Part shown: positions 24,392-32,000 of the stretch, in pieces
How positions within the stretch are numbered: position 1 is the first letter of the stretch
Layout of the letters: every line of letters starts with the position of its first letter
NCBI RefSeq assembly: GCF_009831105.1
Contig: NZ_WUUQ01000002.1
Location: 30,001-62,000, forward strand
DNA from: Copranaerobaculum intestinale
GTDB taxonomy: Bacteria > Bacillota_I > Bacilli_A > Erysipelotrichales > Erysipelotrichaceae
Direction of reading: 5' to 3'
DNA length: 32,000 nt
Position numbers and translations under genes: made by a program
Notes under the pieces: model-generated
Told to the model about the DNA's origin: nothing
Databases searched by the model: none
Seen by the model: the letters and a program-made list of their open reading frames with translations, nothing else

Positions 24392-25101
24392 TATTTATGC
24401 GCATTAAGATGTTTAACAAAACGCTGCGTGATACATTGCGGATCAGTCACGGCGCTTCCTACCACAATGGAGTCAGCTCCGCAGTCCATGGCAGCTTGGG
24501 CATCTTCGCGTGTCCAAATTCTACCTTCTGCAATGATAAATATATCTGGATACATACTGCGAATGTCCTTGATCAGTTGAAAATCACAGGTATCCGTTTT
24601 ATCAGCTGTATTCTCAGTATACCCGCTCATTGTTGTAGCGATGATATCGGCTCCAGCTTCATAGGAATACTTGGCATCTTCAATCGTACCGATATCAGCC
24701 ATGATAGCAATATTTGGATATTTAGCTTTTACTTTCGGAATAATTTCCCAGGCATATTCACCATCAGCATTTTTACGGTGCGTGCCATCTAGGGCAATGA
24801 TTTCACAGCCAATTTCAGCTATGCGGTCTACTTCACGCATCGATGGTGTGATATATACATCATTTCCAAAGGTATACTGTTTCCAGATACCGATCATCGG
24901 TACATCGGGATAGACGCGCTTAATCAGTGAGATAATTTCAGGCGTATTGGCTCGAAAACCGATACATCCGCCACGGTATGCAGCCTTTGCCATTAGCAGC
25001 AGGCGCTCGGGAGTATAGAACGGATTTCCCTTTGCACAGGTTCCTTGACAAGATACAAACATGTTTCCGCGTATATAATCAAAAAGTTCTTTTTTACTCA
25101 T
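24391..25101 (-). CDS. nanE: N-acylmannosamine-6-phosphate 2-epimerase-like protein
   Basis: It shows the NanE pattern VSCQ ... PMIGI ... YITP ... IIALDGT ... TTMSGYT ... IAEGRI ... VVGSAVT. It is 236 aa, with a strong AAGGAGGA SD. Confidence 0.8.
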   Translation of the reverse strand: MSKKELFDYIRGNMFVSCQGTCAKGNPFYTPERLLLMAKAAYRGGCIGFRANTPEIISLIKRVYPDVPMIGIWKQYTFGNDVYITPSMREVDRIAEIGCEIIALDGTHRKNADGEYAWEIIPKVKAKYPNIAIMADIGTIEDAKYSYEAGADIIATTMSGYTENTADKTDTCDFQLIKDIRSMYPDIFIIAEGRIWTREDAQAAMDCGADSIVVGSAVTDPQCITQRFVKHLNAHK

Positions 25102-25178
25102 AGAAAATGCTTATCCTCCTTATTTCCTATTCTGAAACAGAAATTTCATATGTTTTAACATCACTCCTTTTACAAAAA

Positions 25179-25188
25179 TGTATATACA
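25179..25188. promoter_or_regulatory. Candidate GntR/HutC operator TGTATATACA (nanE promoter copy)
   Basis: Perfect 10-bp palindrome of the GT-N-AC type, exactly 14 nt downstream of the nanE -10 box. An identical copy with identical spacing lies at the PTS promoter. Confidence 0.5.
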
Positions 25189-25202
25189 ATAAATATAAAT
25201 AA

Positions 25203-25231
25203 ACTATACATAAATGGAGTGATTATGTCAA
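25203..25231 (-). promoter_or_regulatory. Sigma-A promoter of nanE
   Basis: Minus strand TTGACA (25231-25226), 17 nt, TATAGT (25208-25203). Confidence 0.55.
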
Positions 25232-25259
25232 CAATAATTACAGTTTTTATTTTCAATCC

Positions 25260-25288
25260 TTGTAATTGTCTAATGCTGTTTGTATAAT
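25260..25288 (+). promoter_or_regulatory. Sigma-A promoter of the GntR regulator gene
   Basis: TTGTAA (25260-25265), 17 nt, TATAAT (25283-25288). Confidence 0.5.
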
Positions 25289-25321
25289 GAAGCTATAAAA
25301 ATAAGTAAAGGAGTCATATAC

Positions 25322-26044
25322 ATGAGTGCAGATCAGCCTATTTATTTGAAAATTGAAGAGGATATTAAGAAGCGGATCAAAGATGGAACCTACAAGGCGA
25401 ATCAAAAGCTGCCAACAGAACGTGAATTTATTGAAATGTATCACGTCAGTCGAATGACTGCCCGTCAAGCTATCAATAATCTAGTCGGTCAAGGATATAT
25501 ATATCGGATTAAAGGCAGAGGTGCGTTTGTCCACAAAAGTAATATTGTCCAAAAAAACCGTTCCTTTCTGAGTTTTAGGGAATCTATGAAAGAATACGGC
25601 ATTGAAATCACCAGTGAAATTTTGAATTTTAAAGAGGTTCTGCCGCCTGATTTGATCCGTTTGAATCTAAAACTCGATGTTGGACAGAAAACCTATTGTT
25701 TAAGCCGTATTCGCTATGCCGATGGGGAACCTATCGTTGTTGAAGATATTTATCTGCCGGCTGATCGTTATCCTGGCTTAATGAATTACGATTTCAGTAA
25801 AGACTCACTATATGGTGTAATGGAGAGGGATTATGATATTTTTATGTATTGCGTGGAAGAGACAGTAACTGCAGTCAATCTGAAAGAAGATATGAGTCTG
25901 TTGCTGTATGGCAAAAGTAAAGGAATCGCCCTGCGTTTGCTTGATGTTGTGAGTGATCAAAACGGTATTCCACTGAAATGCGGTGATTGCTTCTTCAATA
26001 ACGAAAAATACAGCTATTATAAAATCAATATACAGACCGAATAA
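25322..26044 (+). CDS. GntR family (HutC subfamily) transcriptional regulator with UTRA effector domain
   Basis: The winged-helix segment is PIYLKIEEDIKKRIKDGTYKANQKLPTEREFIEMYHVSRMTARQAINNLVGQGYIYRIKGRGAFV. The C-terminal ~150 aa are consistent with UTRA. Trimmed to ATG 25322, preceded by AAAGGAG. Confidence 0.85.
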   Translation: MSADQPIYLKIEEDIKKRIKDGTYKANQKLPTEREFIEMYHVSRMTARQAINNLVGQGYIYRIKGRGAFVHKSNIVQKNRSFLSFRESMKEYGIEITSEILNFKEVLPPDLIRLNLKLDVGQKTYCLSRIRYADGEPIVVEDIYLPADRYPGLMNYDFSKDSLYGVMERDYDIFMYCVEETVTAVNLKEDMSLLLYGKSKGIALRLLDVVSDQNGIPLKCGDCFFNNEKYSYYKINIQTE

Positions 26045-26057
26045 GGTCTGTTTTTTT
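26033..26057 (+). terminator. Intrinsic terminator after the GntR gene
   Basis: CAGACC-gaataa-GGTCTG followed by TTTTTTT. The stop codon lies in the loop. Confidence 0.75.
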
Positions 26058-26167
26058 ACAAATACTGGATTCACCGAAATAAGCTGGCAGAAATCTGGCT
26101 TTTTTTATATGATTAGATAGTAAACTTTTTGTGATGAAAAAAGATCATAGATTCCATAAATATTCTA

Positions 26168-26196
26168 TTGACAAGTTATAAGCGGTATTATATAGT
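26168..26196 (+). promoter_or_regulatory. Sigma-A promoter of the PTS-SIS operon
   Basis: TTGACA (26168-26173), 17 nt, TATAGT (26191-26196). Confidence 0.6.
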
Positions 26197-26210
26197 TTAA
26201 ATATAAAAAA

Positions 26211-26220
26211 TGTATATACA
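26211..26220. promoter_or_regulatory. Candidate GntR/HutC operator TGTATATACA (PTS promoter copy)
   Basis: The same perfect palindrome, again exactly 14 nt after a TATAGT -10 box and flanked by A-runs as in the nanE copy. Confidence 0.5.
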
Positions 26221-26303
26221 AAAATATTGTTTCGTAAGTACGAAAAAGCTTTGTTTCAAGTTTTATTCGTTTTCAAATTAGAAAAAGAAAAGGAGAAACT
26301 TTT

Positions 26304-27068
26304 ATGAACAATCTAGGTTTAGCACTCTTAGTCGGTGTCGTAGCTGGATTGCTGGAATGGGATATTTATGGGGGAATCCATTTAAAAGCAGCTCGACCGA
26401 TCATCACCGGAACCGTTATGGGACTCGCGCTTGGAGATTTGGAAACAGGACTGTATGTTGGCGGTACACTGGAACTTGTCTATTTAGGAAATATCACGGT
26501 AGGTGCGGCAATTCCGCCTGATGCGACATGCGGCACCGCGATTGCAACAGCCCTTTGTATCATATCCGGACTGGATCGTGAAGCGGCAGTCGCCCTGGCA
26601 TTACCGGTAGCAGTGTGTGCGCAGATGCTGCAGATGTTTATGTGGACGCTGAATGGCGGCTTCATGCATAAGGCAGATGCCTATGCGGCAGAAGGTGACA
26701 TTGATAAGCTTTGCCGGCTGCAGATCGGCGGATGTATTATGTTCTTCTTCCAAGGATTCATTCCTGCATTTCTTGCTATTTTTCTGGGCGCGGATGCAGT
26801 CAGCACACTCGTGAATAACATGCCTGATTGGATCAATACCTGGCTGAAAGTCGCAGGCGGCATGATGCCGGCACTTGGATTCGCTATGTTGTTCGTCATG
26901 ATGTACAAAAAGAAACTTCTTCCGTATTTCATCGCTGGATTTGTAATTGCAGCTGCATTCGGCGGAACGCTGATCAGCATTGGTGTGCTTGGTATGGCCG
27001 CAGCTCTGCTATATGTGAATTCTATGGATGAAAAAACCGAAAGACGCCGCGGTCGTGCGGGTAATTAA
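26304..27068 (+). CDS. PTS mannose/fructose/sorbose family transporter subunit IIC
   Basis: 254-aa polytopic membrane protein with an EIIC-Man-type N-terminus (LALLVGVVAGL...PIITGTVMGLALGD...GGTLELVYLG). AAAGGAGAA SD. Confidence 0.85.
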   Translation: MNNLGLALLVGVVAGLLEWDIYGGIHLKAARPIITGTVMGLALGDLETGLYVGGTLELVYLGNITVGAAIPPDATCGTAIATALCIISGLDREAAVALALPVAVCAQMLQMFMWTLNGGFMHKADAYAAEGDIDKLCRLQIGGCIMFFFQGFIPAFLAIFLGADAVSTLVNNMPDWINTWLKVAGGMMPALGFAMLFVMMYKKKLLPYFIAGFVIAAAFGGTLISIGVLGMAAALLYVNSMDEKTERRRGRAGN

Positions 27069-27082
27069 AGGAGGGTAGGAAT

Positions 27083-27964
27083 ATGGAAGAAATCAAGATG
27101 GAAATGGGAAATGCCGCATCTGAAGCGTTAAAAGGACGTTCTGAAGTGAAGGTAACAAATAAGGATATTCGAAAAGTCTTCTTCCGTTCACTATTTGAAA
27201 TGTGTACGATCAACTATGAACGTTTTCAGTCACTGGGCTATTTGTATTCGATCGCTCCGCTTCTGCGTAAATTTTATCCTGATAAAGAACGCAGAATAGC
27301 AGCGTGTAAGCGCCATATGGAAATGTTCAATACTCATAACTCCCTTATAAATCCAATCATGGGTACTTCGATTGCCATTGAAGAAAAAATTGCAAACATG
27401 CCCGAAGGTACCGATACAAAAGATTTGGAAGCTTCTGTTAACAATATCAAGGTTGGTTTAATGGGACCTTTTGCCGGACTCGGTGATTCAATCATCGGTG
27501 CAACGATTATTCCAATTTTGGGTGCGATTGGAGCGGGCATGGCATTAGACGGCAGTATTGCCGGTCCATTGTTTTTCTTAATCGTATATAATGTGATTGA
27601 TAAAGGCTTCCGTTATTATTCAACCTTCTATGGTTACCGCAAGGGTGTAAGTATTTTAAAAGATATCAAGACCAGCAATATCATTCAGAAGATATCCGAG
27701 GGAAGCAGTGTGCTCGGCTTGATGGTTCTCGGCTGTTTGGTATCTAGTTGGGTTGATTTCAAGATTACGAAGGTATTGAATTTTCAGGGTATGAGTCCAA
27801 TTGATATACAAAAGCTGTTGGATGGAATTATCCCAGGACTGCTGCCGCTAGGATTGACTCTGCTGCTGGTATTCTTCTTTCGTAAGAAATGGACATCAGG
27901 AAAATTGGTGTTTGTGATTTTCGCACTGGCTTTGGTTTTCACCTTAACAGGACTTTGCGGATAA
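27083..27964 (+). CDS. PTS mannose family subunit IID
   Basis: VFFRSLFEMCTINYERFQSLGYLYSIAPLLRKFYPDKERRIAACKRHMEMFNTHNSLINPIMG is the characteristic EIID N-terminal region. AAAGGAGGG SD. Confidence 0.85.
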   Translation: MEEIKMEMGNAASEALKGRSEVKVTNKDIRKVFFRSLFEMCTINYERFQSLGYLYSIAPLLRKFYPDKERRIAACKRHMEMFNTHNSLINPIMGTSIAIEEKIANMPEGTDTKDLEASVNNIKVGLMGPFAGLGDSIIGATIIPILGAIGAGMALDGSIAGPLFFLIVYNVIDKGFRYYSTFYGYRKGVSILKDIKTSNIIQKISEGSSVLGLMVLGCLVSSWVDFKITKVLNFQGMSPIDIQKLLDGIIPGLLPLGLTLLLVFFFRKKWTSGKLVFVIFALALVFTLTGLCG

Positions 27965-28350
27965 TGAATCGATTTATTCTGGCGGCGCACGGCCGATTGG
28001 GAGAAGCCTTTCTGGAATCCGCGGAAATGATTGCCGGAAAGCAGGACAGGGAGACGGTGTTTGCCGTCCCTTTCCTGCCGGATGATAGCTTAGACTGTTT
28101 AACCTGCCGTTTGCGTGCGATCATTGAAAAATATCCGCAAGATCAATTTTATATATTATGTGATTTAAAAGGGGGAAGTCCGTTTAATGCTTCCTTTCTG
28201 CTTTCCCGTAAGTTCAGCCGCGTCCATGTCATAGCAGGCTTGAATTTGGCAATGCTGCTGGAAGTGCTGCTTCAAAGAGAGACAATTCAAGGTATTGAGG
28301 ATATCACCAAAATTGTTGAAAACAGTAAAACGCTGATGTATGTGATATAA
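27964..28350 (+). CDS. PTS mannose family subunit IIA
   Basis: MNRFILAAHGRLGEAFLESAEMIAG contains the phospho-His context, and LCDLKGGSPFN follows. The ATG overlaps the IID stop (TAATG). Trimmed from ORF-track start 27889. Confidence 0.8.
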   Translation: MNRFILAAHGRLGEAFLESAEMIAGKQDRETVFAVPFLPDDSLDCLTCRLRAIIEKYPQDQFYILCDLKGGSPFNASFLLSRKFSRVHVIAGLNLAMLLEVLLQRETIQGIEDITKIVENSKTLMYVI

Positions 28351-28359
28351 AAAGGAGAG

Positions 28360-28845
28360 ATGGATATGTCAATTGTTTACAGTCGTGTCGACGGAAGAAT
28401 GATTCATGGTCAGGTAGCTTCTATTTTTGCTAAAGTGTATCAGGTCGATGAAATACTTGTTGTGAATGATAAGGCGGCGATGGATGATGATCAAATTATG
28501 CTTCTTGAATTAGCAGTGCCGTTTGGCTGTGATTTCCGGGTTCTTACCTGTAAAGAAGCAGCAGAATGCTTTTTAGATGAGGATTTTGACGGCAATCGTA
28601 CGATGGTTGTATATCGTGATGTTCAGGATGCTCTGAAAACAATGGAGGAAGGTTATCCGATCTCTACCCTCCATATTGGAGGCATGTATAACGAAGCAGG
28701 TAAGAAAGAAATCGATGTTGCACTGTTTGTTGATGATGATGATCGAAAAGTATTTCGACAGTTGGAAGAGAAAGGTGTAGAATTGATTTATCAGGTATCC
28801 AACATGAATAAGGAAGTAAAACTTTCAAAAGTGCTGGACTATTAA
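28360..28845 (+). CDS. PTS mannose family subunit IIB
   Basis: RVDGRMIHGQVAS phospho-His motif. 161 aa. ATG 28360 or 28366 after AAAGGAGAG. Confidence 0.85.
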   Translation: MDMSIVYSRVDGRMIHGQVASIFAKVYQVDEILVVNDKAAMDDDQIMLLELAVPFGCDFRVLTCKEAAECFLDEDFDGNRTMVVYRDVQDALKTMEEGYPISTLHIGGMYNEAGKKEIDVALFVDDDDRKVFRQLEEKGVELIYQVSNMNKEVKLSKVLDY

Positions 28846-28858
28846 AGGAGAACAGCTA

Positions 28859-29608
28859 ATGAAGGCATGGGAAAATTATTTTAAAACGATGCAGGACGTT
28901 GTATCAACAGTTTTAGAAACACAAGGCGAAGCAATCATGAAGGCCGCTGAGATTTTGGCTGATACAACGGAAAAGGGCGGTATTATTTATGGCTTTGGGA
29001 CCGGTCATTCGCATTTGGTGACCGATGATGCATTTTGGCGGGCGGCGACACCTGCCAATTACTGCGCTCTGTTGGAACAGAGTGCTACGGGCAGTTTTGA
29101 GATCACAAAAAGCTATTATGTTGAAAATACATATGGTATCGGTAAACTGATCGTGGATTATCACCGCATCACTTCCGATGATTGTATGATTATTATTTCA
29201 AACTCGGGAAATAATATTGCGCCGGTGGATGCTGCTATCCGGGCGAAAGAAAAAGGGATTCCGGTGATAGCGATCACGGCTGTAACATACAGCGATTTCC
29301 TGAAAACCAAACATAAGGACGGCGTAAAGCTGAAAGATGTCGCTGATGTTGTACTTGATAATTGTTCTTTGATTGGTGATGCAGCAGTGGATATCGAGGG
29401 CTTTCCGATGAAGGTTGGTTCAACAAGCACGATACCCAATGTGTTTTTGCAGAATGCTGTACTGACGCAGATGGTGGAGCTGCTGGTACAGCGAGGCTTT
29501 GAGCCGGATGTATATTACAATGGGCATATGGCATTTATGGATGAAAATTGTGCAGATCATAATGATAAAATCGTGGATAAGTATTTCCATCGCATCCGCA
29601 ATTTATAG
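28859..29608 (+). CDS. SIS-domain protein, UPF0309 family (paralog 1, most divergent)
   Basis: GFGTGHSH ... IIISNSGNNIAPVDAAIRAKEKGIPVIAIT ... DVVLDNC ... STSTI. Same length and motif order as the two downstream paralogs. Confidence 0.75.
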   Translation: MKAWENYFKTMQDVVSTVLETQGEAIMKAAEILADTTEKGGIIYGFGTGHSHLVTDDAFWRAATPANYCALLEQSATGSFEITKSYYVENTYGIGKLIVDYHRITSDDCMIIISNSGNNIAPVDAAIRAKEKGIPVIAITAVTYSDFLKTKHKDGVKLKDVADVVLDNCSLIGDAAVDIEGFPMKVGSTSTIPNVFLQNAVLTQMVELLVQRGFEPDVYYNGHMAFMDENCADHNDKIVDKYFHRIRNL

Positions 29609-29616
29609 GTGCGGAG

Positions 29617-30357
29617 ATGAGCTATAAGCAAAATTATATTGCGCACATTCATGAACTGCTCGATCAGATTCTGGATACTCAGGAAGCTGTGATCAATAGC
29701 TGTGCGGAAAGCATCTCAAAAGTGATTCAAGAGCAGCATGCGGTTTTTGTATTTGGTGCGTCACATGCAGGGATACTTGCCCAGGAAATGTTTTATCGAA
29801 CCGGCGGACTTGCGGTATTGAACCCAATCTTGCCATCCGAAGTTATGCTGAATACTCGTCCGGTGACGCAGACCTCGGCGATGGAGCGAATTGAAGGATA
29901 TGGTGAGGTGATTCTGAATCATACACAGATTCAAGCTGGAGATATTTTAATTATCCATTCTGTTTCCGGCCGTAATACCATCGCAATCGAAATGGCCTTG
30001 GCGGCAAAACAAAAAGGGATACAGGTAATAGCCATCACCAATCTGACTTACAGCAAGCAGGTAACTTCACGCCATCGAAGCGGCAAACGACTATACGAAT
30101 GCGCAGATTATGTAATAGATAACTGTGGTGATTTTGAAGACTCATGCATGCTGCTGGAGGGAATGGATCAAAAGATTGCCCCGACTTCCACAGTTTGCGG
30201 AGCAGCGATTGTAAATATGCTGCTGATCGAAGTAGTGGAATATTTACTGAAACAGGGAATAGAACCGCCGATTTTTCATAGTGCTAATGTAGATGGCGGC
30301 GATGCGTTTAATCAAGCCCTGCTTGAAAAATACAAAGACCAAATTTACTACATGTAA
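29617..30357 (+). CDS. SIS-domain protein, UPF0309 family (paralog 2)
   Basis: FVFGASHAGILAQEMFYRTGGLA ... SVSGRNTIAIEMALAAKQKGIQVIAITNLTYSKQVTSRHRSGKRLYECADYVIDNCG ... PPIFHSANVDGGDAFNQALLEKYKDQI matches my recollection of Bacillus UPF0309 proteins. Confidence 0.8.
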   Translation: MSYKQNYIAHIHELLDQILDTQEAVINSCAESISKVIQEQHAVFVFGASHAGILAQEMFYRTGGLAVLNPILPSEVMLNTRPVTQTSAMERIEGYGEVILNHTQIQAGDILIIHSVSGRNTIAIEMALAAKQKGIQVIAITNLTYSKQVTSRHRSGKRLYECADYVIDNCGDFEDSCMLLEGMDQKIAPTSTVCGAAIVNMLLIEVVEYLLKQGIEPPIFHSANVDGGDAFNQALLEKYKDQIYYM

Positions 30358-30372
30358 AATTTTTACAAATAC

Positions 30373-30408
30373 AGACTGTCGATATAGGAAATCTGACAGT
30401 CTTTTCTT
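30373..30408 (+). terminator. Intrinsic terminator after SIS paralog 2
   Basis: AGACTGTC-14 nt-GACAGTCT followed by TTTTCTT. Confidence 0.7.
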
Positions 30409-30606
30409 ATACGTGAGAAATCTATATAAGGAATACCTTCCTTTACGTGGCTTGATTACGTTTTCCTATATAATTTGTTTATTTTTAGGTGATGTTTTAA
30501 AAAAGATGATATTTTTCTGATTATATTATCAATATCTTAGTTATCCTCATATATGGATTGAGCAAAGTATTTTATTATTGTGCATTTAACTTTTTTGAAA
30601 AGGTGA

Positions 30607-30634
30607 TTGACAAAATGATTTTGCCAGTTATGAT
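30607..30634 (+). promoter_or_regulatory. Sigma-A promoter of SIS paralog 3
   Basis: TTGACA (30607-30612), 16 nt, TATGAT (30629-30634). No TGTATATACA operator nearby. Confidence 0.55.
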
Positions 30635-30665
30635 GAAAAGTAAGTGAGGAGAAAAGGAGGGCAAT

Positions 30666-31388
30666 ATGTACCATACCATTTTTGAAGTAGGAAAAAAAGT
30701 AGTTGATGCCATTGAAACAACTCAGCAGGAACCGATTGAAAGAGCTGCAGAGCTGATTGGAGAAGCGTTTGTGAAGGGACATAAATTCTTTGTAACTGGC
30801 AGCGGTCATTCCCATACAGTTGCGGAGGAGTTTTATGGAAGAGCTGGAGGCTTGGCTTGTGTTACGCCGATTTTAACTCCGGAATTAACGTTGACAGATC
30901 ATCCGACAAAGAGTTCACAGTTAGAACGTTTAGATGGTTACGCTACCATCTTAGTTAATTTATATGATATCAAAGCTGGTGATGTAGTTTTGATTGCCAG
31001 CAATTCAGGCCGTAATGCATATCCGGTAGAAATGGCTCTCGAAGCGAAGAAACGCGGGGCATCGGTTATCGCTATTACCAGTCGCAAGCATTCAGAAGCT
31101 TGTACATCCCGAGCGAAAAGCGGAAAAAAGCTGATGGAGGTAGCAGATGTTGTGATTGATAACTGTGGTATGCTGGGAGATTCCAGTCTGACGGTAGAGG
31201 GTATTGCCGCTCCATTACTGCCTACATCCAGCATTGCCAATGCATTTATTGCCCAGGCAATTACCGTATTAGCCGCAGTCTATATTCGTGATGCCGGTTT
31301 AGAACCGCCGGTTTTTATTTCTTTAAACGTAATGGGTGAAGATAATAAAAATGATGAATATTTCAAAAAATACGCCCGTATGTATTAA
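30666..31388 (+). CDS. SIS-domain protein, UPF0309 family (paralog 3, separately transcribed)
   Basis: FVTGSGHSHTVAEEFYGRAGGLA ... SNSGRNAYPVEMALEAKKRGASVIAITSRKHSEACTSRAKSGKKLMEVADVVIDNCG ... PPVFISLNVMGEDNKNDEYFKKY. Strong AAAGGAGGG SD. Confidence 0.8.
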   Translation: MYHTIFEVGKKVVDAIETTQQEPIERAAELIGEAFVKGHKFFVTGSGHSHTVAEEFYGRAGGLACVTPILTPELTLTDHPTKSSQLERLDGYATILVNLYDIKAGDVVLIASNSGRNAYPVEMALEAKKRGASVIAITSRKHSEACTSRAKSGKKLMEVADVVIDNCGMLGDSSLTVEGIAAPLLPTSSIANAFIAQAITVLAAVYIRDAGLEPPVFISLNVMGEDNKNDEYFKKYARMY

Positions 31389-31399
31389 TACAACAATAT

Positions 31400-31487
31400 A
31401 GCATGTGTATCCTATCTGGACTTTCTGATGCTGATAAGTGAAATATAAGCATTGAATGTGGAGAGGATGGGACACATGCTTTTTTTG
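31400..31487 (+). terminator. Long imperfect hairpin terminator
   Basis: AGCATGTGTATCC ... GGATGGGACACATGCT followed by TTTTTTT. The outer 9 bp are perfect and the interior is only partly paired. Confidence 0.5.
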
Positions 31488-31845
31488 TCTTTTTTAGGAT
31501 TTTTTCATAAGGTGTAAACAAATATGCATCACTTTTTTTTACATTGCTCCATATAAGGATTACGAATTGGCGTTATGAAGAGATTCAAGCAATACAATTA
31601 TGTGACTGTTTGGTGTCTTGATCTGCCGACTCGACAATGCTTTCATCGTTTTGTAATCAATAAAAAGTTATATCCTTTTGTATAACTCTGTATTTTTTAA
31701 GATAACTGCTTAGTATGCAGCATCTTGCCGCAGCAATCCTTCTTTTCTTCATAAAATCATGTGCATTGCTGCTTTTATCTTGCATTTTTTACACAGGATG
31801 AATATAATAGTAAAAATTAGTTATTCAATGAAAGAAGGCGGCTTG

Positions 31846-32000
31846 ATGAAACAAAAGAAGTATATCGTATGGGATTGGAACGGGACACTGTTTGATGATA
31901 TTGATGTATGCATGAAATCCTTGAATGAGCTGTTGGAACGCTACCACCTGCCGCTTGTAGATAAGACATCCTATCGCAATGTGTTTCGCTTTCCGGTGAA
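31846..32000 (+). CDS. HAD-superfamily hydrolase (phosphoglycolate-phosphatase-like), 5' fragment running off the window
   Basis: My translation from ATG 31846 is MKQKKYIVWDWNGTLFDDIDVCMKSLNELLERYHLPLVDKTSYRNVFRFPV, with HAD motif I variant DWNGT. It stays open to the window end. GAAGG lies upstream. Confidence 0.55.
   Translation, partial: MKQKKYIVWDWNGTLFDDIDVCMKSLNELLERYHLPLVDKTSYRNVFRFPV

Noticed and set aside
25120-25161. 13-codon mini-ORF (MLKHMKFLFQNRK) in the nanE leader whose stop overlaps the nanE SD
   Set aside because: Its GGAG lies only ~2 nt from the ATG, too close for normal initiation, and there is no other support. It is kept only as a note.

Overview
This window looks like a chromosomal segment of a low-GC Firmicute, probably a gut-anaerobe-like Erysipelotrichia or Clostridia (taxon is inference only). 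It is mostly housekeeping and metabolic genes in short operons with clear Shine-Dalgarno sites and hairpin terminators. Left to right: pepF, a GDT1/UPF0016 cation transporter, an M42 peptidase, pyrR, a 501-aa orphan coupled to a class-V aminotransferase, and a SWIM-SNF2 helicase. Then comes a pyruvate formate-lyase locus, two tRNAs (Trp, Glu), a deacetylase and a split chromate-transporter pair. These are followed by a Cys/Pro-repeat protein, two convergent MalY/PatB-type lyases, and a GntR-controlled nanE / mannose-family PTS / triple SIS-paralog sugar locus. The window ends in a truncated HAD hydrolase. The most unusual items are listed below. (1) pflB sits behind a recognisable ZTP (pfl-motif) riboswitch and is split by one in-frame TAG, followed by a perfect SD+ATG, into a 665-aa body and a 77-aa glycyl-radical module. 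(2) Two visibly AT-rich single-gene insertions lie next to the tRNA genes: a minimal membrane-inserted KAP P-loop NTPase and an SRA-like/DUF3883 nuclease-like protein, both candidate defence genes. (3) A 188-aa protein has 25 Cys and seven tandem [R/K]PCPP units. (4) The nanE and PTS promoters share an identical promoter-operator design, and the PTS operon leads into three UPF0309 SIS paralogs. No CRISPR array, transposase, integrase or rRNA was seen. All family calls come from motif recognition by eye; no searches were run.
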